Below, piece by piece: positions 28,201 to 46,200 of a stretch of DNA of 64,000 nucleotides. Made by a program: the position numbers and the translations under genes. A model generated the notes under the pieces. The model saw only the letters and a list, made by a program, of their open reading frames with translations, was not told the DNA's origin and searched no databases. This stretch comes from Bugula neritina (lineage: Eukaryota > Animalia > Bryozoa): NCBI GenBank assembly GCA_964035545.1, contig OZ037767.1, positions 8,442,581-8,506,580 of the forward strand. Reading direction: 5' to 3'. Positions within the stretch are counted from its first letter, which is position 1. The number at the start of each line of letters is the position of its first letter.

Positions 28201-29827
28201 GTGTGTACTTTAGAATAATGTTCCTGGTGGTATATCATATCAACTATATCTACTAACAACTATTAGCTGTTGAATTAAACATAAGATCAGATGGCATTTC
28301 AAAACCAGATGTATTGGTTAAGCGGATTATCAGATAAATAAATAGATAACATCCATTAATATTACATGATTTGGTATATTCCAAGCCACCACAGTTAAAT
28401 CTATTAAGATCTGCATTTCATAAATTCATTTTTGTAGAGGTGTTTGCCGGTAGCTTTAGATTAAAAGTAATCCAGCTAGGTCAACATAAACTTGGGTTAA
28501 ATCAATAACGTAATTAAAATAGTAAATACTAATAAGTGCTTCTTACACATTTTCTAAAGCTTTCAATATCTGAAGAGGGACAAGTAAGCACTCTGCAGAA
28601 GAGAGCAATGCCCTGTTTCATTGGTTACAAACAAAACACTTGAAGTTTTTTTCAAGCCGGCAATATTTTACAAAAAAATTGTAATTGAGGAGCATTGGGC
28701 ACAAAATTCAAACCTCAACTAGTTTACTCCTTCCAAGTTTCCCAATTTGTTTATTAAGTCTTCCAACTCCAAAAGCATGCACTGGAGCATTTTATAAACA
28801 GACACAACCGAGGTAAATATAGTAACAGGAAAAGAGAGAAAATCTTGTATTCTAAGTGAAAAATATGGAAAAATAAGTTATTTGTTCGATCCAAAACTAG
28901 AATGTATTAAAAAATAAATTGAATTAAGTTACCTTTTCTAAGAACGGTAGGTAGACCTCCGTGACTTGTTATTTGAGGGGGTTTTCGCTTTTCTACAATC
29001 TAGAATGAAACTTAAGTTTCATAATCAAGTTTTCAATTTTAATTTCAATTTCAACTTTTTTAATATTTACTCATATATTTTAAAGTCATATTGTTTACAA
29101 ATAAAAATACAATTTATATAAACAATTGACTTGTGAATTTATGTTGAATTTATGTCAAATTATGCAATGCTATGTTAATATATGATTTTATATATTATAT
29201 ATAACATAGTCATTATCACCGACCACAATCTATAAGATAAAATAACAAGAGATGGGGTTAGTAGTAAAATATTTGTGCAGTTTATTTATATTTAGCACAT
29301 TTCAACTGTAGCTGATGCATAGTAACATAGTACAAGGTCTAATCTAGTGGAAAAGTAATAATTGTTAATACTTGGTTTTGAAAGTTTTTGTCTATTCTAT
29401 TATACAACACCAACTGATGGCTATACAAAATATGCATTACTCCAAACTGCAATACACAATAATGCCTATTTGTGCAGCACGTGACAATATTTATGCTCTA
29501 TATTAAACTTTTTTACAAGAGATTTCACTGCCAGCCTCTGCATTGTTTATACCCTCTGCAGCACTTTGAAGTTGTACCAAATCATATTCTAGAGTATAGA
29601 CAATATATGCCAAGTCTGCCCCACCAACAAGAATAACACTCACCAGGTTAGGTGCTGAGATCTTTGCTAGAGCTGAGTGCGGCCATGAATAATCTGTCAT
29701 AATAACTGCTACTCAAAACTTAAATTCAAGTTAAAATAAATATAGATATCCAGTCTAAAAATATACTTACTTTAGCTACATTGCCCAAATCTACAACACG
29801 AAATGCAGACTCTACAAGGGCAAACAT
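22209..29827 (-). CDS. Calmodulin-like 4-EF-hand protein A with long basic/Ser-rich C-terminal extension
   Basis: Exons 29771-29827 (tentative first exon), 28933-28999, 25001-25144, 24285-24391, 23633-23768, 23241-23400, 22209-22635. EF loops DTNSDGLVSRQQ, DLDGDGMYDMDE, DKDDSGALSRDE, DRDGSGEIDFDE. Core exon sizes 144/107/136 are identical to CaM-like B. Confidence 0.88.
24574..24734. mobile_element. Probable small MITE remnant
   Basis: Imperfect ~26-bp inverted ends TAGGTGCAGTAATGGAAAAGTTGAGA / TCTCAATTTCTCCACTGCTGCTCCTA; a similar end motif recurs at 38623-38645. Confidence 0.5.
26323..27638. mobile_element. 1.3-kb non-autonomous DNA transposon
   Basis: Perfect 26-bp TIR CAGTAGGGGTAACGGGGGCACAACGG; internal GGGGCACAATGG(G/A)CC repeats near 26692, 26716 and 27435; no transposase ORF; TSD not evident. 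Confidence 0.85.
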
Positions 29828-32298
29828 AACTTATGTAGTCGATGTTCTCACTTATGTTGGTAATTATCTCATGTACGAACACATTTTTACAAGATTTCTT
29901 CGTGCTTTTTTACAAATGTTACTTCAAGTAATCCCTTCAAATTGGAAGCAGTGATCTTTCTAGTCTAATGTAACTCGTGTTGATTTATGCCGCAGGCATG
30001 TACGTTGTGTGTATACAACGTGAAGTAGCAGTAGTCCAAAACAAACACAAATAAGTAGCTGCTTTATCCTATAGCATCATCTGATCGGTAGTTAATGCAA
30101 AAAATCTTGAATACTTGCTGAAAGTATCATGTGATCAATAGAATTAATTTCTAACCCTGCAAATGTTATGCTGAAAAACCTGCGTCTAAACTGTGCAAAG
30201 CTCCTAGCAAGGCATTTAACTGAGTGCAGGAGTTTTCCACTCTAAATTATTAGTTAATTAATACTTGCAGCTACAACGTGTAGGCAGATTATTAAGTTTG
30301 CTAGTCCTCTACTAAATATAGTTGGTATATGTGCAGACTATAGTTATTAATTATATGACATAAAAGTGTAAAAATATTCAATTTTCAGAATTTGTAGGCC
30401 TTTTGCAATTATCTGAAATTAATTTAATGCCTGCATATACTTTAATTCATTCTTGCTGTTTTACTCATGTAAGATTTCAAGTTACTTTAGTTATAAAGGA
30501 GTGTTAGAAGGTTTTAAATTAAATTAGCTTTATTAAGTTAGACTGAGAACCTTGGGTAAAATTTTCAGACTATTATATCTTTATAAATTATCTTCACAAC
30601 ATTCTTACAACAGCCATTTGAAATTTCAAAACACTCGAACGAAATTAAACTGGTAAGATATTGATTGCAACAACAACCAACAGCACGTAATTCTGTGCTG
30701 CATATAAGGAGTTGTTGGCACATGTCTTTTCTAATAGTAAAGGCAAATGACCTGCAATTACGTGGTAAAAGCACATATAGTTTATACAAAGTAGGACATC
30801 CGCATTATTCAATTGCATCTTTCATTTCTTATTTGCCACTATAGTGACGATCATGTTTTAAAAGAAACTAAAATTGACTATATATAATTAAAATATCATT
30901 CTGAAGCCTAGCCAGCCAGATATTGCTCTATATAATATGACAGAGTTGATAGTTTTTTCAGAAAATGTAGCATTATACCAGATGATGCCTGTTTTATCAC
31001 TACAAGGAAGCTGCATCTGAAGTCGATGTCTTTGAGGTCACGAGTGGTCCTTGTCCTACTTGGCTAGGATTTAAATACCTACTTAGACTGCAAGTCTGCA
31101 ACTCAAGCTATTTACTGTTTGACCCTCATCTTAACTAAATAGGCTGGGTACCGAGAATAGTTATTTCTATGTGCTTATGTTGCGATGTTGTTATAGCATA
31201 TTATTACAATATACATGTATAGAATTATGCATGGTTAACATAATCCACGTTATAGTAATAATATGCAAATGTACCACCAGGGTTGATATTGAGAAGACAA
31301 CTTTATATGCACTAATTATTATTAGTTCCCCTGAAATGCATCACCAGCAGTTGGGGTGTGATCAACACATATTCAGTACAGCGCTTTTATCAGTAATCAA
31401 TGCATGCTACACATAATTTATAATGAAAAACAAGAACACTGGAAAAATCAAATAAAATTTGTATTGAAATTGATTCAATTTACATTTATCATACGGATGA
31501 CTAATTCTGGTGAAGTCATATTTCAATAATCTTCATAATAATCCCAAAAAGTATTGATTGACTAATCCCAGTCATTCAACTTCATAATTGATTTGTATTA
31601 TCACTTGAAAAAAAAATATTAATCTATTGAGGATGTTACCAAGTTAAAAGCTGTATTGGGCTTTTATTATCAATATTCTGACACCTCACACCCATGTTAG
31701 TGGCTAAACCCGGCCGCAGACAGTTGTAATGTAATTCACCAAGTGGTGGTAGATAAGTGGTAATCATTGTTTTATTACTTTCCAAGAGGACATACAAATT
31801 TTGATAAATATCAATCAATGCAACAGACCTGCAGGATTTCTGTGCCGATTACTGTGCGTCAAAAGTGTACAACAGAGAACATAAAAAATAAGTTTATAGT
31901 AACAAAAAGTGTCACATGATATACCTTCAAACAAATCTAATGAAAATGGTTATGAAGATAACAAACATGTTAAACATAATACAATCAATAAAATCATTAA
32001 AGTGCAACATTGTAGCATTTGCATGGCGAATGACTAGACAGGAAATAGAACTAATAAGATGAACCCGAGCTAATAGACATCACAACAATGTATTTGCAAG
32101 AGCATATCAAGTTGGTGAGAAAGTTGTGTAGTTGAAACAACATGGCAGACAACAAGTGTATACAATGTATTGTGAATAGTTGATAGCATACAGAGTTAGT
32201 CATATACAATATACACAGGCAGCTGCTGGCACTGCATTACTCCTATCTTACTGGGAACATCTCATAAGATGGATATACATGTGATATTTCTTCCCAAG

Positions 32299-36936
<4,638 letters not shown>

Positions 36937-36959
36937 TTTTGATTAAAATTTACAGTTTC

Positions 36960-37420
36960 TTCTATCAGTAACCGCTTCTTAATTTACTATGAAACTTCGG
37001 ATTAGGAGAAAATGTGTATTATTAGCGGTCTGTGTGTTAGTACGCTCCTATATCGACCAATTAAAAGCCTCAACGAACGTTCCGAGTTTCCAGTCTTCTT
37101 TACAATATATTTACACATAAAATAGGTTTAAATATAAAGTAAAACAGTAAATTTATTGTAAAAATGTAGAAATTCAGATTGCTGCACAAATTATATTATG
37201 ATTTTGTGCTTCTTATACTTGCAGCATTGAAATGCGGCCGCGCAATAATTGGTTTCTGTGAACGCAGCTATGCGGTAGTGTTTGATTGCCATTGGCTCAA
37301 TCGTAGCGCATTGCGTATAGCACTCGCTAGCTTTGTAATACGTTGCAGAGTTGATAACTTACTTGATATAATTAAACCTTACACTCGGTGATCATTGGTT
37401 ACTATCGATCTTCGGGATAG
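36960..37420 (-). promoter_or_regulatory. Calmodulin promoter region
   Basis: Immediately upstream of the ATG-only exon; CpG-enriched relative to the introns; several CCAAT/ATTGG boxes (about 37057, 37248, 37291, 37395). Confidence 0.55.
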
Positions 37421-37658
37421 GAAATTAATGATATCTAGTGCACACTGCATTATATTATAATATTTTGATGGGTCAGTTGTTGTCAACCATTTTCAGCTTA
37501 TGGGCCACTTCTAATCTCCCTGAGACTTCAAGTACCTCCCTATGTCTCATATTGTGATTTATATAGCAAAGCAAAATGGTAAATCACTGAATTTAAACAG
37601 AACATTATGGCAATTGAAATAAATGATGAAATGAAAAAATAAATAAAAAGCCTCGGTC

Positions 37659-37706
37659 CATCAGGGTTTCTCACAGGGATAGTGACTATAAAGTTACATG
37701 AGTTTG
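37659..37706 (+). mobile_element. SINE 3'-tail fragment
   Basis: CATCAGGGTTTCTCACAGGGATAGTGACTATAAAGTTACATGAGTTT matches ~61102-61149. Confidence 0.75.
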
Positions 37707-38084
37707 AGAGCTTGTTTTATCAATTGGAATAAATAAAGAAGGCCCCCCCCCCCCCAAAGAAGTTTAGATACCAGCATCGTAATTCAGGAACTCCTACTAT
37801 TAGGGCTTTAACCCTATCTATTGTAATTATCTCCTCAATGGTATGAAAAGACAACTACAACAATTTCTTGCTATACTTGTACAAGTAGAATTCACACTTC
37901 TTGTACAGAGGCTATAATTTGTCATATAATCGGTAAACAAATATTTTATGGTAGGTAATGAAAATGCAGAAATAGTATAAATATGTTGCTTAGATGGGGT
38001 TACACTTGGTTTGTGAAATAAATAACTTTGGATTGAACAGCAGCATTGCATATTGTATAATAGTCAGGCGCAAAACATTTTTAC

Positions 38085-38213
38085 TATATGATGTACAGAA
38101 GCAATTATGACTGGATGCTTTTCCTAACATTACTAATAGCCTTTACTGGGGTTCAAACCCATGACTTCGTGTTTACTAAGCAAATGCTCTAACCCCTAGA
38201 CCACGGCTGCTCC
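38085..38213 (-). mobile_element. tRNA-derived SINE, 5' half
   Basis: Reverse complement aligns to 60937-61065 (A box TGGTCTAGGGG, B box GGTTTGAACCC, AGGAAAAGCATCCAGTCAT). Confidence 0.85.
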
Positions 38214-40248
38214 TTATTGAAATAATTGTGTGGTGTATATTTTATGCCGTAATTTTAGTTTAAATAAAACTTTTTTTCACAAGTAAGGAAGGAGCCAAAC
38301 AGTAAAGATTTAATATCAGTTTTAAAATAATCTCTAATAATGAGTTGCTTTCTCATATCAAAAGAGATTTCCATTTTTTAGTCAAATAAACTAGGTGAAT
38401 TGTAAATGATATCTTTGTATACAAGGTATTTATTACCAATCAAAATAACGATCGACTGATATGTAAACGTAAAGATATATAATGGAGCACTAGTGAATAA
38501 CCTATACTAGCTGCTTAAACATTCAGTTAAAATAAAATGCAGTGTTTTCATTTAATTGATAATTAATAAAAAACTACTATGACATTACCAAATGCTATGT
38601 GACAACAATTTACCCATAGATTGAGGTAGGGGCAGTAATGGAAAGACAAAAAACCACACATTACAATCTTCCCCTATGGCCTACAGTATGCATAAGTGAT
38701 GGCTGCTGCCACAATGTTAGATAAGAGCAAGATCGTGTATTAGACAACAGTAAAACTCAGCCAATTACATGTGGGTACTGGGTTTAATATCTATAACCAT
38801 TATAACTTTTCCAAAAAATTAGCAGACTCTGTTAAATTTAATTTTTAGTTCAATTTTGCAAAATGTCTATAAATCAAATGTTATGCAGTAAAGTGGGAGA
38901 TATGTTGGAATATATAGAACAATTCATATATATATTATTGGAAAGAAAACCATCCAGCAAAATCAAGGTCAACTTTAATGTACTTTTATGGCTTTAGGTG
39001 AAATACAACAAAAGGTGTCAAGCTGTGATATGCCCGTGGTATTTTTTTAACTTCTAGGCCAGTCATTCACCGCCCCAAGCTATACTGTGCCTTTTTATAG
39101 GCATGTTATGCAATATGCTGCCATTATATTTAATTTATAAGTCATTAACAAGCCTGGATGCGTAATATTACGCAATAGTGAATAGACTATAGAGCCTGTC
39201 GTAAGTTGGAGTTATCTCACTAATCATAATGAACAATGGGTCAGTTGAGACTTGAAACTAATAATCCCCCCCCACAAAACACTTGGAAATAAATATTATA
39301 TTACTACTGGTATACCAAATACTGCTAAAGTTTAGTCAATATTATGCTGAATAAAATTCTTCAAAATGTGAAGTACTAACAGATAATGTGTCTCAATTGC
39401 AGTTACTATGACAAAAAATCTTTGCACTGGTTTTGTACCCCTTTATGGCAGTTAGAGACCAGTTTGAGCCTTTACTTCTAGAAACCAAAGTATTGACGTC
39501 ATTTCAACTGACTTCACCATTTTCTCCAATAATGTAGCTTAGTCTTTAAATTTCCAAAGCATAGTAAGAAAACAGGCACAAAACGTAAAATTATGTTAAA
39601 AAATTAAAAGTTTTATTTCACATTCAGACAATTTATGCAAAAATCACAAGAACTTCAGTCACTCAAAGCTTCAAATTAATGGAATAAAGGAGGAATGCTG
39701 CCAGTTGTTAAAAAAACTCCAAAACTGCAGCTTTTCTCATAAATCAATACAAATAAAATCATTAAAATAAACACAATTAAAATGAAATAGAGCATAAAAA
39801 CAACATGCAATCAAATCAAATTTATATTGTTGAAATGTCACTATAGTAATTGTAATGTATTAGCCAAACAGATGCTAAAAATAAAATCAATTATTGAACA
39901 AGCAAGCATTTACACTCTACACACACTATGATACACACTATTAACAAATGTAATAAATATTGCACAAAGACTACACTACAAGTATTATAATGTTGAGTAT
40001 GATGGTAAATATAAATGCTGTAACAGGACCTGCCACCTATAGTTTACCTCTTGCCTTCAAGATTATGACTAGATACTAAAAGCTACTGTAGAGCCAACTG
40101 GCTACATGCATTGTCTCTAAAGATGGAGCACCAGTAACCAAATGAGCCAACCTAAGCCCAGACAGGCTTTTCTTACGTATTGAATCACACAGAAAACCTC
40201 AATCATAGGCTATTCTGCTCTACAAGGCAGCACAGAGTCACACATTTT

Positions 40249-43200
40249 TCATTTGACAGAAGATTTCTGTGTGCTTTTATGATCTGCTGGATCACGTGTA
40301 TCTTCAGATAGTTTTTCTGGGGTGGGATTTAGTTTTTCAGGTGGAGGGTTGTACCAGCGCGGAGGAGATGTTTCGGTGTTGTGTAGCCCCAGTTCTCGGA
40401 TGATCTTATCAGAAGTGCTATATGTAGAGAGGGGCGTCCTGTTTCTTTCCACACTCACAATAGACGAGAGAGTAGCGTGACGAAGCGGAACGTAACTATA
40501 CTTGGAATCCGTATCTGTGACTACAGGAGTTGTCCTCCCAGACCTATCACACAGGGTAGGTGTAGTTCTACCAGTAACATCACCTGGCGGGGCAGATGCT
40601 CCCTTTCTCAGTGCTGTATACTGATTCTCACTATCCATTGTGATGGGCGTAGGACCTCTGCTATACAGCTGTCCCATAGAGTGATCCACACACACCTGGT
40701 CATGGTCACGCAGCCTAAGGCTATCTGTGAACAGTTGCTCAGGCACACTGAGTATTGAGTCCGTGTTGATGTTGGTTGGTGTAAGTGCGGCAGCGACAGC
40801 ATTGTCAAGTGTCCTCTCCAGCTTGTCCAACTTCTCCTCATACGTCAATCTACAAGCACACCATGTCTATGAAGAACATCACAGGTGAGAGTAAGCTGGT
40901 GAGCACTGCTAGAGCTCTAAGCTACAAAACAGTCCCAAAACAGCTCAACTACTATTAAACCAGAGTATTCATATCCTTCATATTTATGATAACTGAATAA
41001 ATCACCATGAAGTTAAAGTTTGAACACTAAACGAGCAGACAGAAACCTGTTATCATAGAGACTTTGCTTGAAGCACTTGACATAGTAGTTCCTCAGTTGT
41101 CTGGCCGTCACCTGCTTAGCTTTATGAATCTCACATTTGATAAGTTTGGCAGCGTTTCTGTTAGTCTCTTCCACATATCTTAAAACATCGGCTGCAATAA
41201 ACAAAACGGCACACAATGTTAGACTGTAGAGATCACGTAGAAAATGGGTTGTCAATAATGGAACTTAACCCTTAAAGCTTCTAGTTATAGCAACTGTGAC
41301 ATTACAGACTTTTCTCCTCTTATACATCTCACCAGTGCCCTAGACTTAGCAGTGTCATAATTATTATAAAAACATACACAGAGATTACCAAATCTACCAG
41401 CCAATAAATAAATACTGAGCAGTATAGTGTAGGGTACCTCTTATATTCTGTATAGTGGCATTATACTGCTGCTTATAAGGGATATCTGTAGTGGGTTCAG
41501 TCTGACACCCACAGCTAGTGCCCTTTGATAAAACTCTGGTTCCTTGGAGCACCTGCTCATTCTTCATGGCTATCATCTTTTGTTTGAGAGACTGAATGGT
41601 CACATCATGTTCATGTTCAGCGTCATGTCTCTCTGTAATACAAAGTATTATAATATTAAACAGTATTATGTTATATTTCACAGTATTACTATGTTATATT
41701 ACACAGTATCACCTACTATGTTATAATATTACACAACATTACTATGTTACATTACACAGTATTACTATGTTATATTACACAGTATCACCATGTTATATTA
41801 CACAGTGTTACTATGTTATACTACACAGTATTACTATGTTATATTACACAGTATTACTATGTTATATTACAAAGTATTACTATTGGAAAAACCGTGATAA
41901 TCCACTGAGGGAGTTGTCTGCTAATCACAATCAGGAAATCAATTGGATTTGTCATCGATACCTTTAATGGTCATGCTATAAATTATTTCATTTTGAAATC
42001 TCACTCGACATTTGCAATAATGAAAATAAAAAATGTAAAACTGAAATTTAAAAAGTGGAAATAATAATTTATAGTACTATTTAGCTAAAAAACTTTTCCA
42101 GCAATTTGTACAAAACCACCCTATTTTCTGCCAGAGCTCTAGGAGGCAATATCTTTAGAGGCCAACTGCACAGATCAGATTTAAATGTGTGGGCAAATAG
42201 CCCCATCTTAACATTTGTTCAAATATTTGCTCCTATTTTGTTTTATATGTGGTGTAAGTTTTACAAATTTGCCAAGGAAGGCACAGCTAATTTCGCTACA
42301 TAAATAAATAAAAACAACACAAACTTAAAATCTGACTTGGGTAAAAAAATGGCATATTTACTACTAGCAACTACTAATATTACAAGTGCAAACACACCTC
42401 TGTCCCTGACCTCCAGCTGGTTAGACAGATGCTCTATTCTACTCTCGAAGCTGGCACAAGATTTGCTCAGCTCAACTTGCAGCTTTTTGTTGGTAGATTT
42501 GAGATGTTCAGTTTGTGCCGACATTGACTTGAGATTACGACGGAGATCTTCTGCACATGCCTGGTAGTCTCGACACTTTGTGTTTAGCTCGGTCAGCTGT
42601 AGAATAAACTACTACTTATATTGGGGGATAACTACATGTGTACTATAAATTTACTATACTAAACATTATATTTCTGAAAATACAAACTCTGCAGATCAAC
42701 TAAACTAGAAGACAGAATAAACTATCAGCAAATAGCAGCAACAGTGTTGATGAGAAAGAGAATACTAGAATGGTATGAACATGCATGCAGGAGAGACAAA
42801 GAGGAGAACATAATAAAGATAAGCAACATCAGTGTGGAAGGCAAGAGAAAGAGAAGACCAAAAATCAGTGAATGGACACCATCAGATCTGATGTGAAAGC
42901 GTGGAAATTAAATAGCAAGGACACGAGTGATAGAATAAAATAGAAATCCCTAATTGAGTTGGCTATGCACAGTTCCATTACTTGCAAGGACTAAAACGAT
43001 TATAGTGAGAAACGGCAAAAAATAGCAGTAAGATAAGGGACTTCCTCTGTAGACAAGAACCCATCAAGCATAGTAACATCTCAGAGATAATAGATTAGGG
43101 GGGGGTACAGTGTACACACCTTAAGAGTCAGGACAGAGAGGTTCTCCTGCAACCCTTTGACTTCTTCTTCAGACCGAGACTTCATTGAATTAGTCTGATC

Positions 43201-46200
43201 TCTCTCAGCTTCTAGACATCGCTTAGCTTCCTCCGCAGTTTGAGACAACTTTTCAACTTCCTGTTTATGATCCGCCTCCATCTGAAAACCAGACAGAACT
43301 ATAGTGACGATGGCTACTGTAACCAACGCTAGAAGGCTGGTCTAGTAAATACAGGTACACAGCAAACACGTGACCCCAGAGTCCCAATGCTGCTTGTTGA
43401 AAGTCATGTAACAACAGCCTAGTTGTAGCCATGTTAGCTAACCTGCTGACTGCATGTTGACTACACACTAACCTGTTGACTACACGCTAACCTGTTGACT
43501 ATATGCTAACCTGTTGACTATCTGCTAACCTGTTGACTACATGCTAACCTGTTGACTATATGCTAACCTGTTGACTATCTACTAACCTGTTGACTACATG
43601 CTAACCTGTTGACTAAATGCTAACCTGTTGACTACATGCTAACCTGTTGACTATCTGCTAACCTGTTGATTATCTGCTAACCTGTTGACTATCTGCTAAC
43701 CTGTTGACTATCTGCTAACCTGTTGACTACATGCTAACCTGTTGACTAAATGCTAACCTGTTGACTAAATGCTAACCTGTTGACTATCTGCTAACCTGTT
43801 GACTAAATGCTAACCTGTTGACTACATGCTAACCTGTTGACTACACGCTAACCTGTTGACTACACGCTAACCTGTTGACTACATGCTAACCTGTTGACTA
43901 CACGCTAACCTGTTGACTACATGCTAACCTGTTGACTATATGCTAACCTGTTGACGTATCTTATTCAGCTGCTGCTCAAAGTGGGAATCTGCCTGAGACA
44001 AAAGTTTCTCATATTTTCCAGCCTCGGCCTCCAGTAAGTTGAGTTTTTCTTTCAGCATCTTATTTTCAGCTGCTGACCCCTAATAATAATATAAAACAAC
44101 AATAATATGAATATGTTGTACACCCTCTACCTCAAGATGCAGCTATCTACAGCACACTACTTTCTTAAGTTACTGTAAGTGCTTTTCTCCCCTGAGCCAA
44201 TATGAAGTATACAGAAATTGTTAACTTTTCATTACAGATGAATTAACAGTGTTGATTATCAATAAACATAGGCACAATAATAATAATAAACTTTGGCCAC
44301 ATTTCAGTAAATCAAAGAAAATAAAGCACTTTGAAAATTTGCTATGGCATATTAACCACATAAGCTACCCTACAGGCCACCCTTCATTATTAGTTTACCA
44401 AAAAGTTGCTAGATTTATGGCAATACTGTGGCTGTACAGGGTAAATCCAGTAAATCTACACTTTATTATCCCCCAACCAACTCACTTCGCTCCACTTTAG
44501 CTCAGCTTCCTCCAAACTACGTTGCAGAGAGACAGTGTGTTGCTCCACCAGTTGCTCCTTCTCCTTCAGGTGTTTCTCCTTCAGTGAGTCTATCTCAGTG
44601 AGCAACCTGGTAGCACTTGCTTTCTGTTGACTCACTTCTGACAGCTTCCTTATCAACTCTGCCTTCACTTCATTCAGATCTGACAACACCTGAGTATAGA
44701 AGAGTCTTTTGTAGAGCAAAGTTACTGTCAACAATAACCAATCAGGTTATAAATTTTTCGATAATATACATAAATATGATGCTTGCCAAACTACCAGAAT
44801 TACTTAAGACATTAAACTGTACAAAAAATTTCTAACTTTAGGAGAGATTTTAGGTACAATACGTGGCAGTATAGCTTTAGAGTCTAGTATGTCCTGAAGG
44901 TTAATAAAGTAATAGAAAGTATGGTGAGATCTAACTGTTACGTAGTTACCTGACTATGACTAGCCTTGAGTCCTTCTAATTGGCTCTTCTCTTGACCTAC
45001 TTGACAGTTGAGTTGACTGATGACGTCTGCATCTTCACCCCGCTGTGCACGGAGCGTGCTCATCTCATGTTCCTGCTCTTTGTGATTGTGCTCTAGTTTC
45101 TCCAGGCTCTCTCTCAACTCTTGCCGATGGCTCCGCTCTGTGGTAAGTTCTGCTTCTAACCTAACCAGATTTACTTTGGCTGTGTTGTGATTGGCTGTCT
45201 CAGCCTCCAGCTCAGCTGTGAGGTCGGCCAACCGCTGCTGTGTTTGTTGATGTTTCTCTTGTTCAGCACTTAACTCTTTCTGCAGAGTAACCAGATCCTG
45301 TTTTATCAACTTTTCACACTCCAAACTACTTCTCAACTCCTCCAACTTCTGTTTGGTTTCTGTATGTAACTTTCTCTCGGAAATCAGCAGACCCTCAATC
45401 TTCTCAAACTCTTCTCTTTTCATCAGCTCCTTATTTTGCTTCTGAACATCAACCAATTCCTTCTCTAAGTTGGCAAGTTCAGCTTTTAGCTGACTCAACC
45501 TTGAAGATTCCGCCAACAGCCGTGCGCTAGTCACTGAATGTGATTCTTTCTCCAACACCAGTTCTGTCTGTATCTTCACCAGCTCATCTTTACTCACCAT
45601 GCTGCTCTTTGTATCTCGTTCACATGACAGATCTGCTTGCAAAACTTCAATGTCTGCTTTAAGGCTGCTTATCTTAAGCATGTCCGCTTTTATTTCAGCA
45701 TTTTTCTGGTCCACTTCAGCCTTTGTAATCTTATGCAGTTGCCTTTCTGACGCGAGCTCTACCTGTAAACTGTCGAGCAGAGACTTGCTAACCAAGCCCT
45801 TACTCTCATTACACCTTTTCAGCAGCTCTTCACCCAGCTGTTCAACCTCCGCCTTAACTTTCTGATGCTGAATGCACTCTTTCTGCAGATTCGACTTAGT
45901 TTCTTGTGCTTCTGTTTGTGTAAGTTGATGTGCACATTTTTCAGATTCCAATTCCTTTTGTATTTTAACCAGCTGATCCCTGCTCACAAGATGCTCGGTT
46001 TTGCTGCTTACCAAAGTTAAGTCAGCTAAGGCGAGCTTAGTTTCCTGATGCAAGGCAATCTCATTCTGTAGCTCTGCCTCTTTAATTTCAACCTTACCTT
46101 TAGAATGTTGATGCGCAGTTTTCTCCACCTGGAGGTCTTTCAAAGCAGCTGTAAGTTTAGTATTAATGACATCTTTATCCTCTCGTTCCACAGCCAAGCA

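Noticed and set aside
39159-39174. 16-bp palindrome TGCGTAATATTACGCA
   Set aside because: Isolated, with no supporting context.
43432-43955. CRISPR-like regular repeats (also 61947-62100 and 41660-41883)
   Set aside because: Head-to-tail units with no unique spacers, in eukaryotic introns, and no cas genes.
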